Assembly (NCBI GenBank): GCA_950097015.1
Contig: CATNEN010000039.1
Location: 10,354,001-10,418,000 of the forward strand
Reading direction: 5' to 3'
DNA: 64,000 bases
Origin: Macrostomum hystrix
Taxonomy: Eukaryota > Animalia > Platyhelminthes
This document shows, piece after piece, positions 37,301 to 50,537 of the stretch (position 1 is its first letter; each line of letters starts with the position of its first letter). A model generated the notes under the pieces. It saw only the letters and a list, made by a program, of their open reading frames with translations, had not been told where the DNA came from and searched no databases. The position numbers were made by a program, and so were the translations under genes.

Positions 37301-40087
37301 AAATTAGGAACAATAATAGAGAGCAAACAAATTAAAAAAAGACATCTCTCATCTCATCTCTTAGGTAAAGAGAACAATGGCCTGGCCAACTGCTCATCGC
37401 TCAGCTCTAGCACCTCAGTGAGCACGGCCTACATGGGCTCCATGCGGACCTCCCGCTCCGGCAAGCCCTGCCTGGCCTGGGAGTCGCTGGTCAACGGCCG
37501 TCTGAGCACCCGATTCCGGAACCTGAACCCGACGCTCCAGTTCCGGGTGTTCCTGCCAGACCCCGAGCCAGTCGCCAACGTCGGCAGCAGCTGTCGCGGC
37601 GCCGCAGTAATGTTCAAGGACAACAACAGCAGCGCTCCTGGCTGGCAGCCGATAAGCAGCCTCATCGTCGACTCCCAGCTGGACCAGGGCCCCTGGTGCT
37701 TTGTGGAGAAGCAGGGCTCGCTGAACCTCACAATGGAGAGCTGCACCGTTCCTGATTGCTGTGAGTCAATACTCAGGGCATTGAAGGGTTTCCATAGAAT
37801 TCGAAAGACTTGGTGAAAGAAACGAAAAATGTATCAAAGGTGTAGTATCAACAGCAACGAGGCTTGAGCCTTGAGCGGACGAACAAAGACCGCACCGGGG
37901 CATCAGGAGAGCAAGCTTCAGCCAAAAGCCAGTCGCCGGTAGGGTGCCTGCAGCGTGAGCAGAAGCATCTCCTTGACCGGCTGTGGGATGTAGAACTCTG
38001 CGCGGATGATGATGTGTCGATGCGCTCTCCAAGGAGCTTCTCACAGCTTCTCTCGAAGCGCAACGCCACGATGTCTTTGGGCAATGTCACATCATTTGGT
38101 GACAATTCTGCCCATTTCGCTGACTCCTGAGAACACACGCACACAGATACCGTACGCAGGCGTGCGCTCACACAGGTGTGTACATCTGCCCTGAATTTCT
38201 CATCGTCAGGCAGTGTACACTCTCACTGTGTCTTGAAGGTTGGCCCTCAATGGCGTAAATTTCATGGCAAGCCCCCAAGCCTTTACTCCGCGGCTGCGCC
38301 CCAAATAATTGTGGCCTCGCTGCGGAATCGAGCTCAGGGACCTTGGTGCAAGAGGCAAACGCGATAACTACTCTGCCACTGATCCCCAATGCCGGAGCTC
38401 AGAGTGCAGCTGGCCAGTATATTGCCAATTATATCTGGAGCTATCGAGAACAGCTCTTCTTTTCAGCCACGTCACTGAAGTGCATCTCCGGCCTGCTGCA
38501 CCAGAAGTACGGTGCGCAGGTGCTGTCGAAGCTTGTCGGACCCAGCCTGGACGTCGGCCTGCTCGACTGCAGCTTCGGCAGTCGCAAGTGCACTTCAGCC
38601 GACTTCACGGCGCTGCACCATCCGTACTACGGCGCCTGCCACCGGTTCAACAGCGGTCCGTTCATCCGCGACCTGACGCCGATGCAGCGCGGACTCCGAC
38701 CGCTCAGCATGAAGCTGTTCGCCGACGATCACGACTACCTGGGCAACCGACGGTCGGACACGTTCGCGGCCGTGCGCGCAGTGATGGGCGGGCCCTACAA
38801 CACCGGAGAGAGCAGCGAGCCGGCCGGCTTCAACCTGTTCGTGATGCCTCCGGGCGCCTTCCCGGGCACCGCGCACGTCATTCCCATCTACACCGGAGCC
38901 CGGTCCACAGTTCGCATGAGCTACTGTGTCAGCACCGACAGCACGACGAGGGGCGACTGCAATCCGCTGGAGTCCACCATCGACTACAGCATCCACAGCT
39001 GGGACCCGACGGTGCTGCGTCCCAGGAGTGAGCAGAGCTTCAGCTCTCTGGACTCCTACTTCTTGTGAGTGGCTCATTTATATAGGATTGTTTAGAATTT
39101 TATCGTATAGATGTCTCATGATATTCTCTTTAAGTTGCTGATAAGCAACGAGTTTTCTGAGCAAGCATAGATTATTGGCACTCAAATTGGATGGACAGGT
39201 CGAAGTACTAATCGTTTCGCTCCGCAGTCAATTCAACAGCTCAAGCTTGGTCTTCGCTAGCAACCAAGAGTCCTGCGCCAACCTGGCTGTCGTTGAAAAG
39301 TTCATCAGCGAATGCAAATGCCTGCCCTATTCGCTTCCGATCCCAACAAAGTACAGCAGCATTCCCTACTGCTTCTCACTCAAAAGTGCCGACCAGGCCG
39401 GAATCAGCGAGTTGCTGAATCAGGAGGCCTGCGCGATGAGACTGTTCGAGCAGATGGATGTGCTCACTGAGTCGTTCTGGAGCACCTGCAAGGCCAACTG
39501 CAGGCAGCCTAAATACGTATCGCAGCTTGTGAGTTGAGGCCTTAAAAAAGAGGCATCAGGTGGTTTAAACAAATGCGATATTCGCTAATTTTCTTGGTCG
39601 CACTGGCCCACAGACAACGCAGCCCTGGCCGGACACGTCGCACGCAGCCTACAATGCGACGCTGCAGTCGCTGACCTCTCTGATCGGATTCCCCAAGCAG
39701 GTGAGCCCCGACCAGGGCCTGAGCATGCTATACTATTCTTACCTGCAGGGAGAGCAGCTAATGCAGCCCAGCTTGGTGGAGCGGTTTGGCCAGTCGCTGG
39801 CAATGCGGGAGGCGGCTCGCAGCAACCTGGCGTGGATCCGGGTCGAGGCCGAGTACCCGACCGGGTCGGGCAGCTCGCAGACTGACGGCTATCCGATCGA
39901 GAACCTCATGGCCGAGCTTGGCGGCATCCTGGGTCTCTACTGCGGCGTCTCCGTGCTGACCATCTGCGAGCTGATGGACCTGGCGGGCCGCCTGCTGCTC
40001 CGCGCGGCGATGAGGTCCCTGCGTAGCCGTGGCAGAGTCGGCGGCGTCGACGCTTCTCCTAGCAAGAAGGCTTCGTCTGTTCCGTAG
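34321..40087 (+). CDS. DEG/ENaC subunit 2 with two kringle-like domains, tandem paralog, ~887 aa. Exons: 34321-34843, 36223-36462, 37151-37282, 37365-37760, 38467-39064, 39228-39528, 39614-40087
   Basis: Same motifs and intron positions/phases as subunit 1; exon lengths sum to 2664 nt in one open frame; all introns GT-AG; AATAAA near 40269. Confidence 0.92.
35026..35280. repeat. 85-bp tandem repeat, three copies, intronic
   Basis: ctgtttgcaccatagacattcc starts at 35026, 35111 and 35196. Confidence 0.93.
35410..35796. mobile_element. Fold-back/MITE-like element with ~120-bp imperfect inverted arms, in intron 1 of channel gene 2
   Basis: gagacttttttcatgcaatctgagactgaattgcaaaaatgc...tggccaaccctcg pairs with cgagggttggcca...gcattttttgctattcagtctcagattgcttgaaaaaagtctc. 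Confidence 0.75.
38078..38387 (-). mobile_element. tRNA-derived SINE (family 1), antisense in intron 4 of channel gene 2
   Basis: Reverse complement of the 31719-32075 element; head gggatcagtggcagagtagtt...gagctcgattccgc. Confidence 0.82.
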
Positions 40088-40332
40088 GCAGTGCTTTTTT
40101 AGTGAGGCCTTGTTCTTGATGCCATCGGATTTTTAAGCGTACTTCTTTGAGGAAAACTTTGAGCAATGTATTGATATGATACCCTAAATGATGGATTATT
40201 AAAATGCCAGTAAAACTGTACCATGTTGAAATGCTAATACACATATCTCATTCTGACCCTGTGATTTAAATAAAAAAAAACCACGCTCATTACTTCATCA
40301 AACGTTAAAGCTGTTCTAAAACTACGGAATAA

Positions 40333-42633
40333 CGTGTGTGTGTGCTTGTGTCTCAGCTGTGTTTATACCTAATTGAATACCTGTGTGTGTGTGCTTGTGT
40401 CTCAGCTGTGTTTATACCTAATTGAATACCTGTGTGTGTGTGCTTGTGTCTCAGCTGTGTTTATACTAATTGAATACCTGTGTGTGTGTGCTTGTGTCTC
40501 AGCTGTGTTTATACCTAATTGAATACCTGTGTGTGTGTGCTTGGGTCTCAGCTGTGTTTATACCTAATTGAATACCTGTGTGTGTGTGCTTGTGTCTCAG
40601 CTGTGTTTATACCTAATTGAATACCTGTGTGTGTGCTTGTGTCTAAGCTGTGTTTTTACCTAATTGAATACCTGTGTGTGTGTGCTTGTGTCTAAGCTGT
40701 GTTTATACCTAATTGAATACCTGTGTGTGTGTGCTTGTGTCTCAGCTGTGTTTATACCTAATTGAATACCTGTGTGTGTGTGCTTGTGTCTCAGCTGTGT
40801 TTATACCTAATTGAATACCTGTGTGTGTGTGCTTGTGTCTCAGCTGTGTTTATACCTAATTGAATACCTGTGTGTGTGTGCTTGTGTCTCAGCTGTGTTT
40901 ATACCTAATTGAATACCTGTGTGTGTGTGCTTGTGTCTCAGCTGTGTTTATACCTAATTGAATACCTGTGTGTGTGTGTGCTTGTGTCTCAGCTGTGTTT
41001 ATACCTAATTGAATACCTGTGTGTGTGTGCTTGGGTCTCAGCTGTGTTTATACCTAATTGAATACCTGTGTGTGTGTGCTTGTGTCTCAGCTGTGTTTAT
41101 ACCTAATTGAATACCTGTGTGTGTGCTTGTGTCTAAGCTGTGTTTATACCTAATTGAATACCTGTGTGTGTGTGTGCTTGTGTCTAAGCTGTGTTTATAC
41201 CTAATTGAATACCTGTGTGTGTGTGCTTGTGTCTCAGCTGTGTTTATACCTAATTGAATACCTGTGTGTGTGTGCTTGTGTCTCAGCTGTGTTTATACCT
41301 AATTGAATACCTGTGTGTGTGTGCTTGTGTCTCAGCTGTGTTTATACCTAATTGAATACCTGTGTGTGTGTGCTTGTGTCTCAGCTGTGTTTATACCTAA
41401 TTGAATACCTGTGTGTGTGCTTGTGTCTCAGCTGTGTTTATACTAATTGAATACCTGTGTGTGTGTGCTTGTGTCTCAGCTGTGTTTATACCTAATTGAA
41501 TACCTGTGTGTGTGTGCTTGTGTCTCAGCTGTGTTTATACCTAATTGAATACCTGTGTGTGTGTGCTTGTGTCTCAGCTGTGTTTATACCTAATTGAATA
41601 CCTGTGTGTGTGCTTGTGTCTCAGCTGTGTTTATACCTAATTGAATACCTGTGTGTGTGTGCTTGTGTCTCAGCTGTGTTTATACCTAATTGAATACCTG
41701 TGTGTGTGTGCTTGTGTCTCAGCTGTGTTTATACCTAATTGAATACCTGTGTGTGTGCTTGTGTCTCAGCTGTGTTTATACCTAATTGAATACCTGTGTG
41801 TGTGTGCTTGTGTCTCAGCTGTGTTTATACCTAATTGAATACCTGTGTGTGTGTGCTTGTGTCTCAGCTGTGTTTATACCTAATTGAATACCTGTGTGTG
41901 TGTGCTTGGGTCTCAGCTGTGTTTATACCTAATTGAATACCTGTGTGTGTGTGCTTGTGTCTCAGCTGTGTTTATACCTAATTGAATACCTGTGTGTGTG
42001 TGCTTGTGTCTCAGCTGTGTTTATACCTAATTGAATACCTGTGTGTGTGTCCTTGTGTCTCAGCTGTGTTTATACCTAATTGAATACCTGTGTGTGTGTG
42101 TGCTTGTGTCTCAGCTGTGTTTATACCTAATTGAATACCTGTGTGTGTGTGCTTGTGTCTCAGCTGTGTTTATACCTAATTGAATACCTGTGTGTGTGTG
42201 CTTGTGTCTCAGCTGTGTTTATACCTAATTGAATACCTGTGTGTGTGCTTGTGTCTAAGCTGTGTTTATACCTAATTGAATACCTGTGTGTGTGTGTGCT
42301 TGTGTCTAAGCTGTGTTTATACCTAATTGAATACCTGTGTGTGTGTGCTTGTGTCTCAGCTGTGTTTATACCTAATTGAATACCTGTGTGTGTGTGCTTG
42401 TGTCTCAGCTGTGTTTATACCTAATTGAATACCTGTGTGTGTGTGTGCTTGTGTCTCAGCTGTGTTTATACCTAATTGAATACCTGTGTGTGTGTGCTTG
42501 GGTCTCAGCTGTGTTTATACCTAATTGAATACCTGTGCGTGTGTGCTTGTGTCTCAGCTGTGTTTATACCTGATTGAATACCTGTGTGTGTGTGCTTGTG
42601 TCTCAGCTGTGTTTATACCTAATTGAATATCTG
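40333..42633. repeat. ~49-bp satellite (gtgtgtgtgtgcttgtgtctcagctgtgtttatacctaattgaatacct)n with a variable internal (gt)n run
   Basis: Tandem periodicity, about 47 copies. Confidence 0.97.
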
Positions 42634-43019
42634 TTAAACCATTTTTTATTAACAATGATATCTTATTCTCTTGCGAATAAAAAAGAATGCTGATGAAGAA
42701 CCCTGTAAATCATAGCCATTCTTGGTCAATACCCGCACTAAAGTGCAAATTATTTGCAGCAGAGCTTGAGTCTTGAGTACTATTGTTTTACAATCATTTA
42801 TAATTGAGGATGAATTGTAGAGTGGTTTAGCCTTGCGCATAAATTTGACCTGCTGTGAAGAAGGCCCAGGTTCGGGTTATTGACACAATTTTCCTCCTTT
42901 TAAACTCACAGGTGAGCAATTTCCCATGAAAGCAAATGCAGCTTCCGTTACTCTCGAAAGTCCTGCTTTAGCTTTAAGAACTGGTTTTGACACATAGCTG
43001 AAATACTTTTGATTTCGAC

Positions 43020-43110
43020 TTGTACTGCCTCTCGCACCAAGGTCCTGAGTTCGATTCCGGGGCGAGAGAAGGCTCGGGGGCTTGTCGTGCTATTTTACAC
43101 CATTGAGGTA
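43020..43110 (+). mobile_element. 5' fragment of SINE family 1
   Basis: gcctctcgcaccaaggtcctgagttcgattccg...gagaaggctcgggggcttgtcgtgctattttacaccattgagg matches the family head. Confidence 0.65.
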
Positions 43111-43616
43111 CCAAAAGCAACTTACTTCGATGGGTTCTAGCCTAGAGGTTAAAGTACCCACGACTTGAAGGTCGGAGGTTCTGGGGTAATTGATATAATT
43201 TATATAATTGGTATAATTGGTATAATTGGTATAATTGGTATAATTGGTATATAGCTGAGGTAACTGAGGGTGGGTGTGGCGTCCTACTAGTCTCGAAAAA
43301 GCATGAAAGTCTAAAAAAACTAAAATACGTAGCCAAAAGCCTTTTTTCCTATAAAAAATATCAAGATTTTTCAAAGCTTCAAGCAGTACCAAATTTGTAT
43401 TTGCGAGAAATCAGTGCAGTTTACTGCTAGATTTTGTTGTTGAAAAGCGATCAGCAGTTTGAAGCAAGAGATGTGCAAAGTTAACCACAAGAAGCGTCTG
43501 TACAAAAGAGTGCTTTTATAATCACTGAGACATCAGCGGCTGCCTCAGCCCAACAGAACTTCCTTCTGGTAGGTCCTAAAAATGCAGGTGGTAGATGCCA
43601 GTTAATTGCCTAAAGT

Positions 43617-43900
43617 TATCTTCCTCAAGCCATTTCTTCCCCAAGTCATTTCTTCCCCAAGTCATTTCTTCCTCAAGCCATTTCTTCCCCAAGTCATTTC
43701 TTCCCCAAGTCATTTCTTCCCCAAGTCATTTCATCCCCAAGTCATTTCTTGCCCAAGTCATTTCTCCCCCAAGTCATTTCTCCCCCAAGTCATTTCTTCC
43801 CCAAGTCATTTCTCCCCCAAGTCATTTCTTCCTCAAGCCATTTCTTCCCCAAGTCATTTCTTCCCCAAGTCATTTCTTCCCCAAGTCATTTCTCCCTCCA
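43617..43900. repeat. 17-bp minisatellite (ttcttccccaagtcatt)n
   Basis: Tandem periodicity. Confidence 0.93.
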
Positions 43901-44764
43901 AGATATATCTTCGCCATGCCATTTCTTCCCTAATCAATCTTGTCCCCAAAGCCATTTATACCCCAATGATTTTCTACCCCCCTCCTATTAATTTCTACCC
44001 CATCAATTTCTACCCCATCAATTTCTACCCCAACCAATTTCTTCCTCGAGCTATTCTCCCCAGCGCATTCTCACCAGCCTCCTATGAACGAGTACAGAGG
44101 TCCGGCCAGTCGGGCAGTTCGATGGCCGACCGTAGCACAGCCGGCAGCAGCTGTTCCAGCGGCAGTTTCGTCTGTGCTGAATGCCAACGACTGGCTGCCG
44201 CGCCCGGCGCTGCTCAGATGCCGCGACACTTTCTGGGAGGCTGCGGGGTGATGATTCGGTACGCATGTCAGCGGCTGCTCTACCCTCTCTCCCCCTGACA
44301 ACCTCTACCCTCTCTCACCTGACAACCTCTACCCTCTCTCACCTGACAACCTCTACCCTCTCTCACCTGACAACCTCTACCTCTACTTATAGTAGTGTCG
44401 AGTAAAATTATTAGAATTTTGCACAGCAGCTTGTTAGTTTGCGTGTCAGGGACTAAAAGTTATGGGATGTTACGAGCTATTGCTTTGGTTTCGGAATGAA
44501 TTTTATCAAGCTTCTGCTATTAAATACACATATTAAATACACAGAAACCTAATAAAACTGCAGATCATAAGAGCTAACACATAATTGGTTACAGTGTTCT
44601 TGCTTGGTTTTAGTGCAGAAAATGCATTTCTTGCAGAAAAACGCAGGACCTTTCCGGAGTCAAAGCTACAGAGTGCAGCATTTACCTGAGTCACTGAAAG
44701 TGAAAAAAACTAGGATTTTTTCAGATGATTCCAGGATTTAAAAACAAAAGGTTTTAAGGGTTTG

Positions 44765-45137
44765 ATGGGTAGAAGATAAGAGGTAGCAGGAAGGAGATTA
44801 GAGATGGGAGAAAGGAGATAAGAGGCAGCAGGAAGGAGATTAGAGATGGGAGAAAGGAGATAAGAGGCAGCAGGAAGGAGATTAGAGATGACAGGAAGGA
44901 GATTAGAGGTGACAGGAAGGAGATAAGAGGCAGCAGGAAGGAGATTAGAGATGGGAGAAAGGAGATAAGAGGCAGCAGGAAAGAGATTAGAGATGACAGG
45001 AAGGAGATTAGAGGTGACAGGAAGGAGATAAGAGGCAGCAGGAAGGAGATTAGAGATGGCAGGAAGGAGATTAGAGATGGCAGGAAGGAGATTAGAGATG
45101 GCAGGAAGGAGATTAGAGATGGGAGGAAGGAGATTAG
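44765..45137. repeat. 21-bp purine-rich minisatellite (aggaaggagattagagatggc)n
   Basis: Tandem periodicity. Confidence 0.92.
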
Positions 45138-45174
45138 GAGGCGTGAGAAGGCACAACAGCCGCAGGCAGCATAC

Positions 45175-48100
45175 CACTGGTCCAGCTGCTCAGTGAGGCG
45201 GTGCATTTGAAAGGCCGAGTTGGCCAGAAGCCGCCTGTTGTGCTCCCTTGCTGAGGTGGCTGTTGGTTCGGCGATCTCCAGTGCTGGCAGAGCGAAGCTG
45301 CCTGATGATCTGAAAGTGTTCAAAAAATAGACGCATGGCGTGCAGCTGCAGACAGTAAAACAAACTGGCTGAAATTTGACACCAGTCAGAATTTAAACTC
45401 ACGCCCTGTGCCAGTCGGCAACACCGCTTCCGCCCAGTCTGCTGACTCCGGCTGTTGAAGTGCCTGAAATAATTTTTTCAGCCCCAGATAAACACCACTG
45501 CGAACTTCCTGCCTACCCTGCTGTCTGCTTGTTTAATCTGGCTCAAACTTTAATTACTCGAATAAGAAATACGTTAGGGACTATTGTAGGGACTATTGTA
45601 GGGACTATTGTAGGGACTATTGTAGGGACTATTGTAGGGACTATTGTAGGGACTATTGTAGGGACTATTGTAGGTACTATTGTAGGGACTATTGTAGGGA
45701 CTATTGTAGGGACTATTGTAGGGACTATTGTAGGGACTATTGTAGGGACTATTGTAGGGACTATTGTAGGTACTATTGTAGGTACTATTGTAGGGACTAT
45801 TGTAGGGACTATTGTAGGGACTATTGTAGGGACTATTGTAGGGACTATTGTAGGGACTATTGTAGGGACTATTGTAGGGACTATTGTAGGGACTATTGTA
45901 GGGACTATTGTAGGGACTATTGTAGGGACTATTGTAGGGACTATTGTAGGGACTATTGTAGGGACTATTGTAGGGACTATTGTAGGGACTATTGTAGGGA
46001 CTCTTTTACAGACTATTTTTTTGATTATTTTTTATGGATGTTTTAGGGAATTTTGAAGGCATTTCTTTTGGTATCATTGTACTAGGACTATTTTAGGGAA
46101 GATTAAACATAAATTGGCTTACTTCAGTGGATTATTGTAACACGTGTATTCAATGTATTTCTAGAATGTTCATTTAGCAGGATTAGCCAGCTGGATACAA
46201 ACTAGGAAGCTTATGCTCACCCAAGATTCGATCTGCCGATGTGGCAGCGTCGGATTTGCCACCGTCTAAACGTTCGCCGTTGAATGCCGCAGCCAAGCTC
46301 TGATAAGCCAGCGGCAGGTCCTCCGGGCGCAGGTGTCCCCGGCGCAGGCCGATGCGGTAGAACTCCTCCGGCCTGCCCAGCAGGCTGTGCGGCACCACAT
46401 TGCCCCGACTGTCCAGCCGGGGCCCCGGCGGAGTCGACCGGATTCGGGGCCGCCACAGAGCAGAACCGGCCGCTTCTTCGTCGTCAGCGGCTTCGATAGC
46501 GTCGTCGGCGTCGATCTGGAAGGCGATGTCGTCGTCCTCAGGGCTGGCTCGGCGCAGCAAAACGAAGCGGCGAAGCGGCGGGCGACGCTGGCCGACTGGA
46601 ATTTCTCGGCGAACTGCCACACGACGCGGCACGGCTCTGATCTCGGAAGCGGCTACTGTCGGCGGCATCGGCGATTCCGCGGCCGAGGCAGCGCGAACCT
46701 CTTGGGAGATCTGCGATTCGGGTGATTTCGGTGATCATGGATTAAAACATAGAAAATTCGAACCCGTGCCTTCCGCATGATTCCTATTTCGCATGGAAGC
46801 TTGTTGCCAAGTCTTTTTGATCTTCGACTTCTGAGCAAGAGGTCTGGGGTTCGATTCACAGCTCAATGTAAAAAAGTGGCTGTGCCACTGGCTTCGTGTC
46901 TGGCACCTTGTCCAGGTCTTCGTCGCGAATGCGCAGGCTGGCAATTTCGTCATTATAGATGGCGTTCTTCAGCCTACCGGGCCGGCCGCTGCCGTCCTCA
47001 TCCAGATCTCCCAGGATGCTGGGATCTCGCTTTGGCCGGCGGAGTCGATCTGGGATGCATTTTGTGGATAATGCGATTATTAGAGTGGATAATCCGATTA
47101 TTAGAGTGGATAATCCGATTATTAGAGTGGATAATCCGATTATTAGAGTGGATAATCCGATTATTAGAGTGGATATTCCGATTATTAGAGTGGATAATTC
47201 GATTGTTAGAGTGGATAATCCGATGGATATAGTGGATAATCCGATGGATAGGGTGGATAATCCGAAAGATAGGGTTGATAATCCGATGGATAAAAGGGAT
47301 AATCCGATGGATAGAGTGGATAATCCGATGGATAAAATGGATAATACGAAAGATAAGATTGATAATCCGATGGATAGAGTGGATAATCCGATCGATAGAG
47401 TGGATAATCCGATAGATATAGTGGATAATCCGAAAGATAAGATTGATAATCTGAAAGATAAGATTGATAATCCGATGGATAGAGTGGATAATCCGATGGA
47501 TAAAGGGGATAATCCGAAAGATAGGGTGGATACTCTGAAGGATAGCATGGACCGAACGTAAAATCGGATTGATACGAGCGTAAAACGGATAACAGGATTG
47601 ATAAAATAGATAATAGGATTGATTTAAAGGATAATGGGATTGATAGAACGGTTAATGGGATTGATAAGATGGATAATGGAATCGTTAGAACGTTTAATCG
47701 GGTTGATAGAAAGGATAGACTAAAATGATAGTTGTAAATAGACTGGCCATGGACGTAGACATGATATTAAAAGTACCAATAGTTATAGTCCAATGTTTGA
47801 GCAATGCAATAGAGGCCAATAGAAGTCGTTGCCATTCGCTATAAGCTTCGACTTCGGCACAATTTTAATTGAGCACAGAGCCGATGGCCTAACAGACAGG
47901 CTGTGCACTATTGACCACTTCCATAGGGCTATATGATTTGCAGATGATGTGATGAACATTTGTGTGCTCAAGGTAAATACATGGGGGTACTTACATGCGG
48001 CCACAGACACTCGCCTTCCCTGCTTGGCTTGGGACATGCCGAAGGCTCGGGTTTGTTCAGCGAGAAAAAAATTTAATTCGATTTCGTTTTCCAACCAAAT

Positions 48101-49495
48101 TTTCCTGAATTTCACATATATAGGAGTCTTCTGTGTGTTTTTTATCTTTTATATTTCAGCTATAATAAATAATAGGTATCAGGGCACAGTTATATGACCC
48201 GGCCTGTTTGTAAGGCTGCTTACTTGAAATAGAATTGTGTCATTTATAACCCGAATCAGCGCAGAGACACCGACAGATAGATACAGACAAGACCGGAGAG
48301 ATAGAGACAGGCGCCCTTAGCGACCACCCACCCCTCCTCCCTGCGTTCAACCCCACCCATCGGCCAAGTCTCTTCGGACAGTGGCCTATGAAGCGTGTCG
48401 TTTTTTTGTTTAAATTCTTGCATTAGAGCCTTTAGGTTGAGGGTTGAGCCCTAGTTTGATTGGTTGACACTTTATTTTCTGTTCTGTGAAATGGAAACTT
48501 GAAATACAGCAAACTGGGCTATGAGACAATGCTTGCTTGTGCTTCTTGTGTTTTAATTGTGCTATTCTTTGTGAGACAGGAAATTTCAGTGTACACAAAT
48601 AGCTGCTAGTTGCTTTCACAGATAAAGTGGGCTGCAATGCTACTGAATAAGCTCAGCTTATGTGTTATCTTCAAAATATTTTCATTTCGATAAGCTAACA
48701 GGATAAAAAAAACGTCATAATTATTTTTAGCAATGAGATCGATTGAGTTACAGCTGTTTTGTTTTGATTGACAAGTTAATAATATTTTATGCTTTAGATT
48801 CGATATGAAACTACACGTTATCATTGTAGTTTTGAAATAAAAAACTTATTTAAATAATGTACTTTAAGCTTGTGCATTCAGAAAGTACATTTTTAGTTTC
48901 CGGGAATTTTTAAAATGCTTTCAGGAACGTTTTCGAGAAAAAATTGAACCTCTGGAAAACGAAGTTTCATAGTTTTTGGGGGGATTTCTAAGAAGACCGA
49001 ATTCCGACAATTCTCTAGAAGTCTAGTTTCCAAGAAAGTCAGTTTCGGAAAAAAATGAGAAAAAAGTTTCGGAAAAGCAGGTTTTATGAAAAATCTGACT
49101 TTCTTGGAAATGCGATCTACAAGAACGGAACAAATAAAACTGAATCTATTGTGATCCTACCGAAAGCGCTGGCCCGTCTAGTGAAGCCGGAGTTGGTCGA
49201 CAGATGACCGGTGGAAGATGATCGTTGCCGTCCCCCTGAAGCAGCGCCTGACAGTCTGGTGAATCGAACAGCAGACACAACGCTAGCACTGATGCGACTG
49301 AAACGACCCCTGCCGCTGCCGCAGCTCAGACTTAGCCTTTGAATCTGCTTTGAATCTGTTGGCACAGCGAAGCTAACTCGCTTAGCTTCTGGACTAATTG
49401 AAGCTGCTGCTGCTGTGGCTGCAGAGTCAGTTGCGACGGTGGCACGGCTCTGTCTTCGCTGCTTCTCCGATAGCAAGCTGCCTGACTGCCTGCGC
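45175..49495 (-). CDS. Spliced gene resembling the N-terminal part of MYCBP-associated protein. Approximate exons: 49161-49495, ~46908-47049, 46221-46710, ~45404-45464, ~45175-45309; possible further exon ~44076-44241 and possible start exon 50785-50804
   Basis: Phase-compatible GT-AG junctions. Segments AIYNDEIASLRIRDEDLDK and GPRLDSRGNVVPHSLLGRPEEF recall MYCBPAP from memory; this has not been verified by a search. The 3' end is unresolved. Confidence 0.5.
45575..46002. repeat. 12-bp minisatellite (gggactattgta)n
   Basis: Near-perfect tandem array; explains the GTIV-repeat ORF. Confidence 0.97.
47064..47720. repeat. 21-bp minisatellite (gattattagagtggataatcc)n that decays rightwards
   Basis: Tandem periodicity with a gradient of divergence. 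Confidence 0.92.
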
Positions 49496-49714
49496 CTAAA
49501 AGTACAAGTGTTTCTGTAGCTAACAATGGCAACGATATAGTGTGCCTTATTATCACATGCTTAGGTAAGGCAGTAACTGGATCCAACAGGTAAAAAATGG
49601 AATCTAACAGGTGAAACTAGATGACTGCAACGGGTGAAACTTAAGGAAACTAAGAGGTGAATCAAGTTGAATCTAACCGGTAAAAATAGTGGATTTGACC
49701 GGTAAAACCTAAGA

Positions 49715-50537
49715 AATCTAACAGGTGAAACTTCTTAAATCTAACCGGGGAAACTTCTTAAATCTAACAGGTGAAACTTCTTAAATCTAACCGGGGAAAC
49801 ATCTTAAATCTAACAGGTGAAACTTCTTAAATCTAACCGGGGAAACTTCTTAAATCTAACAGGTGAAACTTCTTAAATCTAACAGGTGAAACTTCTTAAA
49901 TCTAACAGGTGAAACTTCTTAAATCTAACCGGGGAAACATCTTAAATCTAACAGGTGAAACTTCTTAAATCTAACCGGGGAAACATCTTAAATCTAACAG
50001 GTGAAACTTCTTAAATCTAACCGGGGAAACTTCTTAAATCTAACCGGGGAAACTTCTTAAATCTAACAGGTGAAACTTCTTAAATCTAACAGGTGAAACT
50101 TCTTAAATCTAACCGGGGAAACTTCTTAAATCTAACCGGGGAAACTTCTTAAATCTAACCGGGGAAACTTCTTAAATCTAACAGGTGAAACTTCTTAAAT
50201 CTAACAGGTGAAACTTCTTAAATCTAACCGGGGAAACTTCTTAAATCTAACCCGGGAAAATTCTTAAATCTAACCGGGGAAACTTCTTAAATCTAACCGG
50301 GGAAACTTCTTAAATCTAACCGGGGAAACTTCTTAAATCTAACCCGGGAAAATTCTTAAATCTAACCGGGGAAACTTCTTAAATCTAACCGGGGAAACTT
50401 CTTAAATCTAACCGGGGAAACTTCTTAAATCTAACAGGTGAAACTTCTTAAATCTAACAGGTGAAACTTCTTAAATCTAACCGGGGAAACTTCTTAAATC
50501 TAACCCGGGAAAATTCTTAAATCTAACCGGGGAAACT
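49715..50537. repeat. 23-bp minisatellite (aaacttcttaaatctaacaggtg / ...ccgggg)n
   Basis: Tandem periodicity with degenerate flanking copies. Confidence 0.95.
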
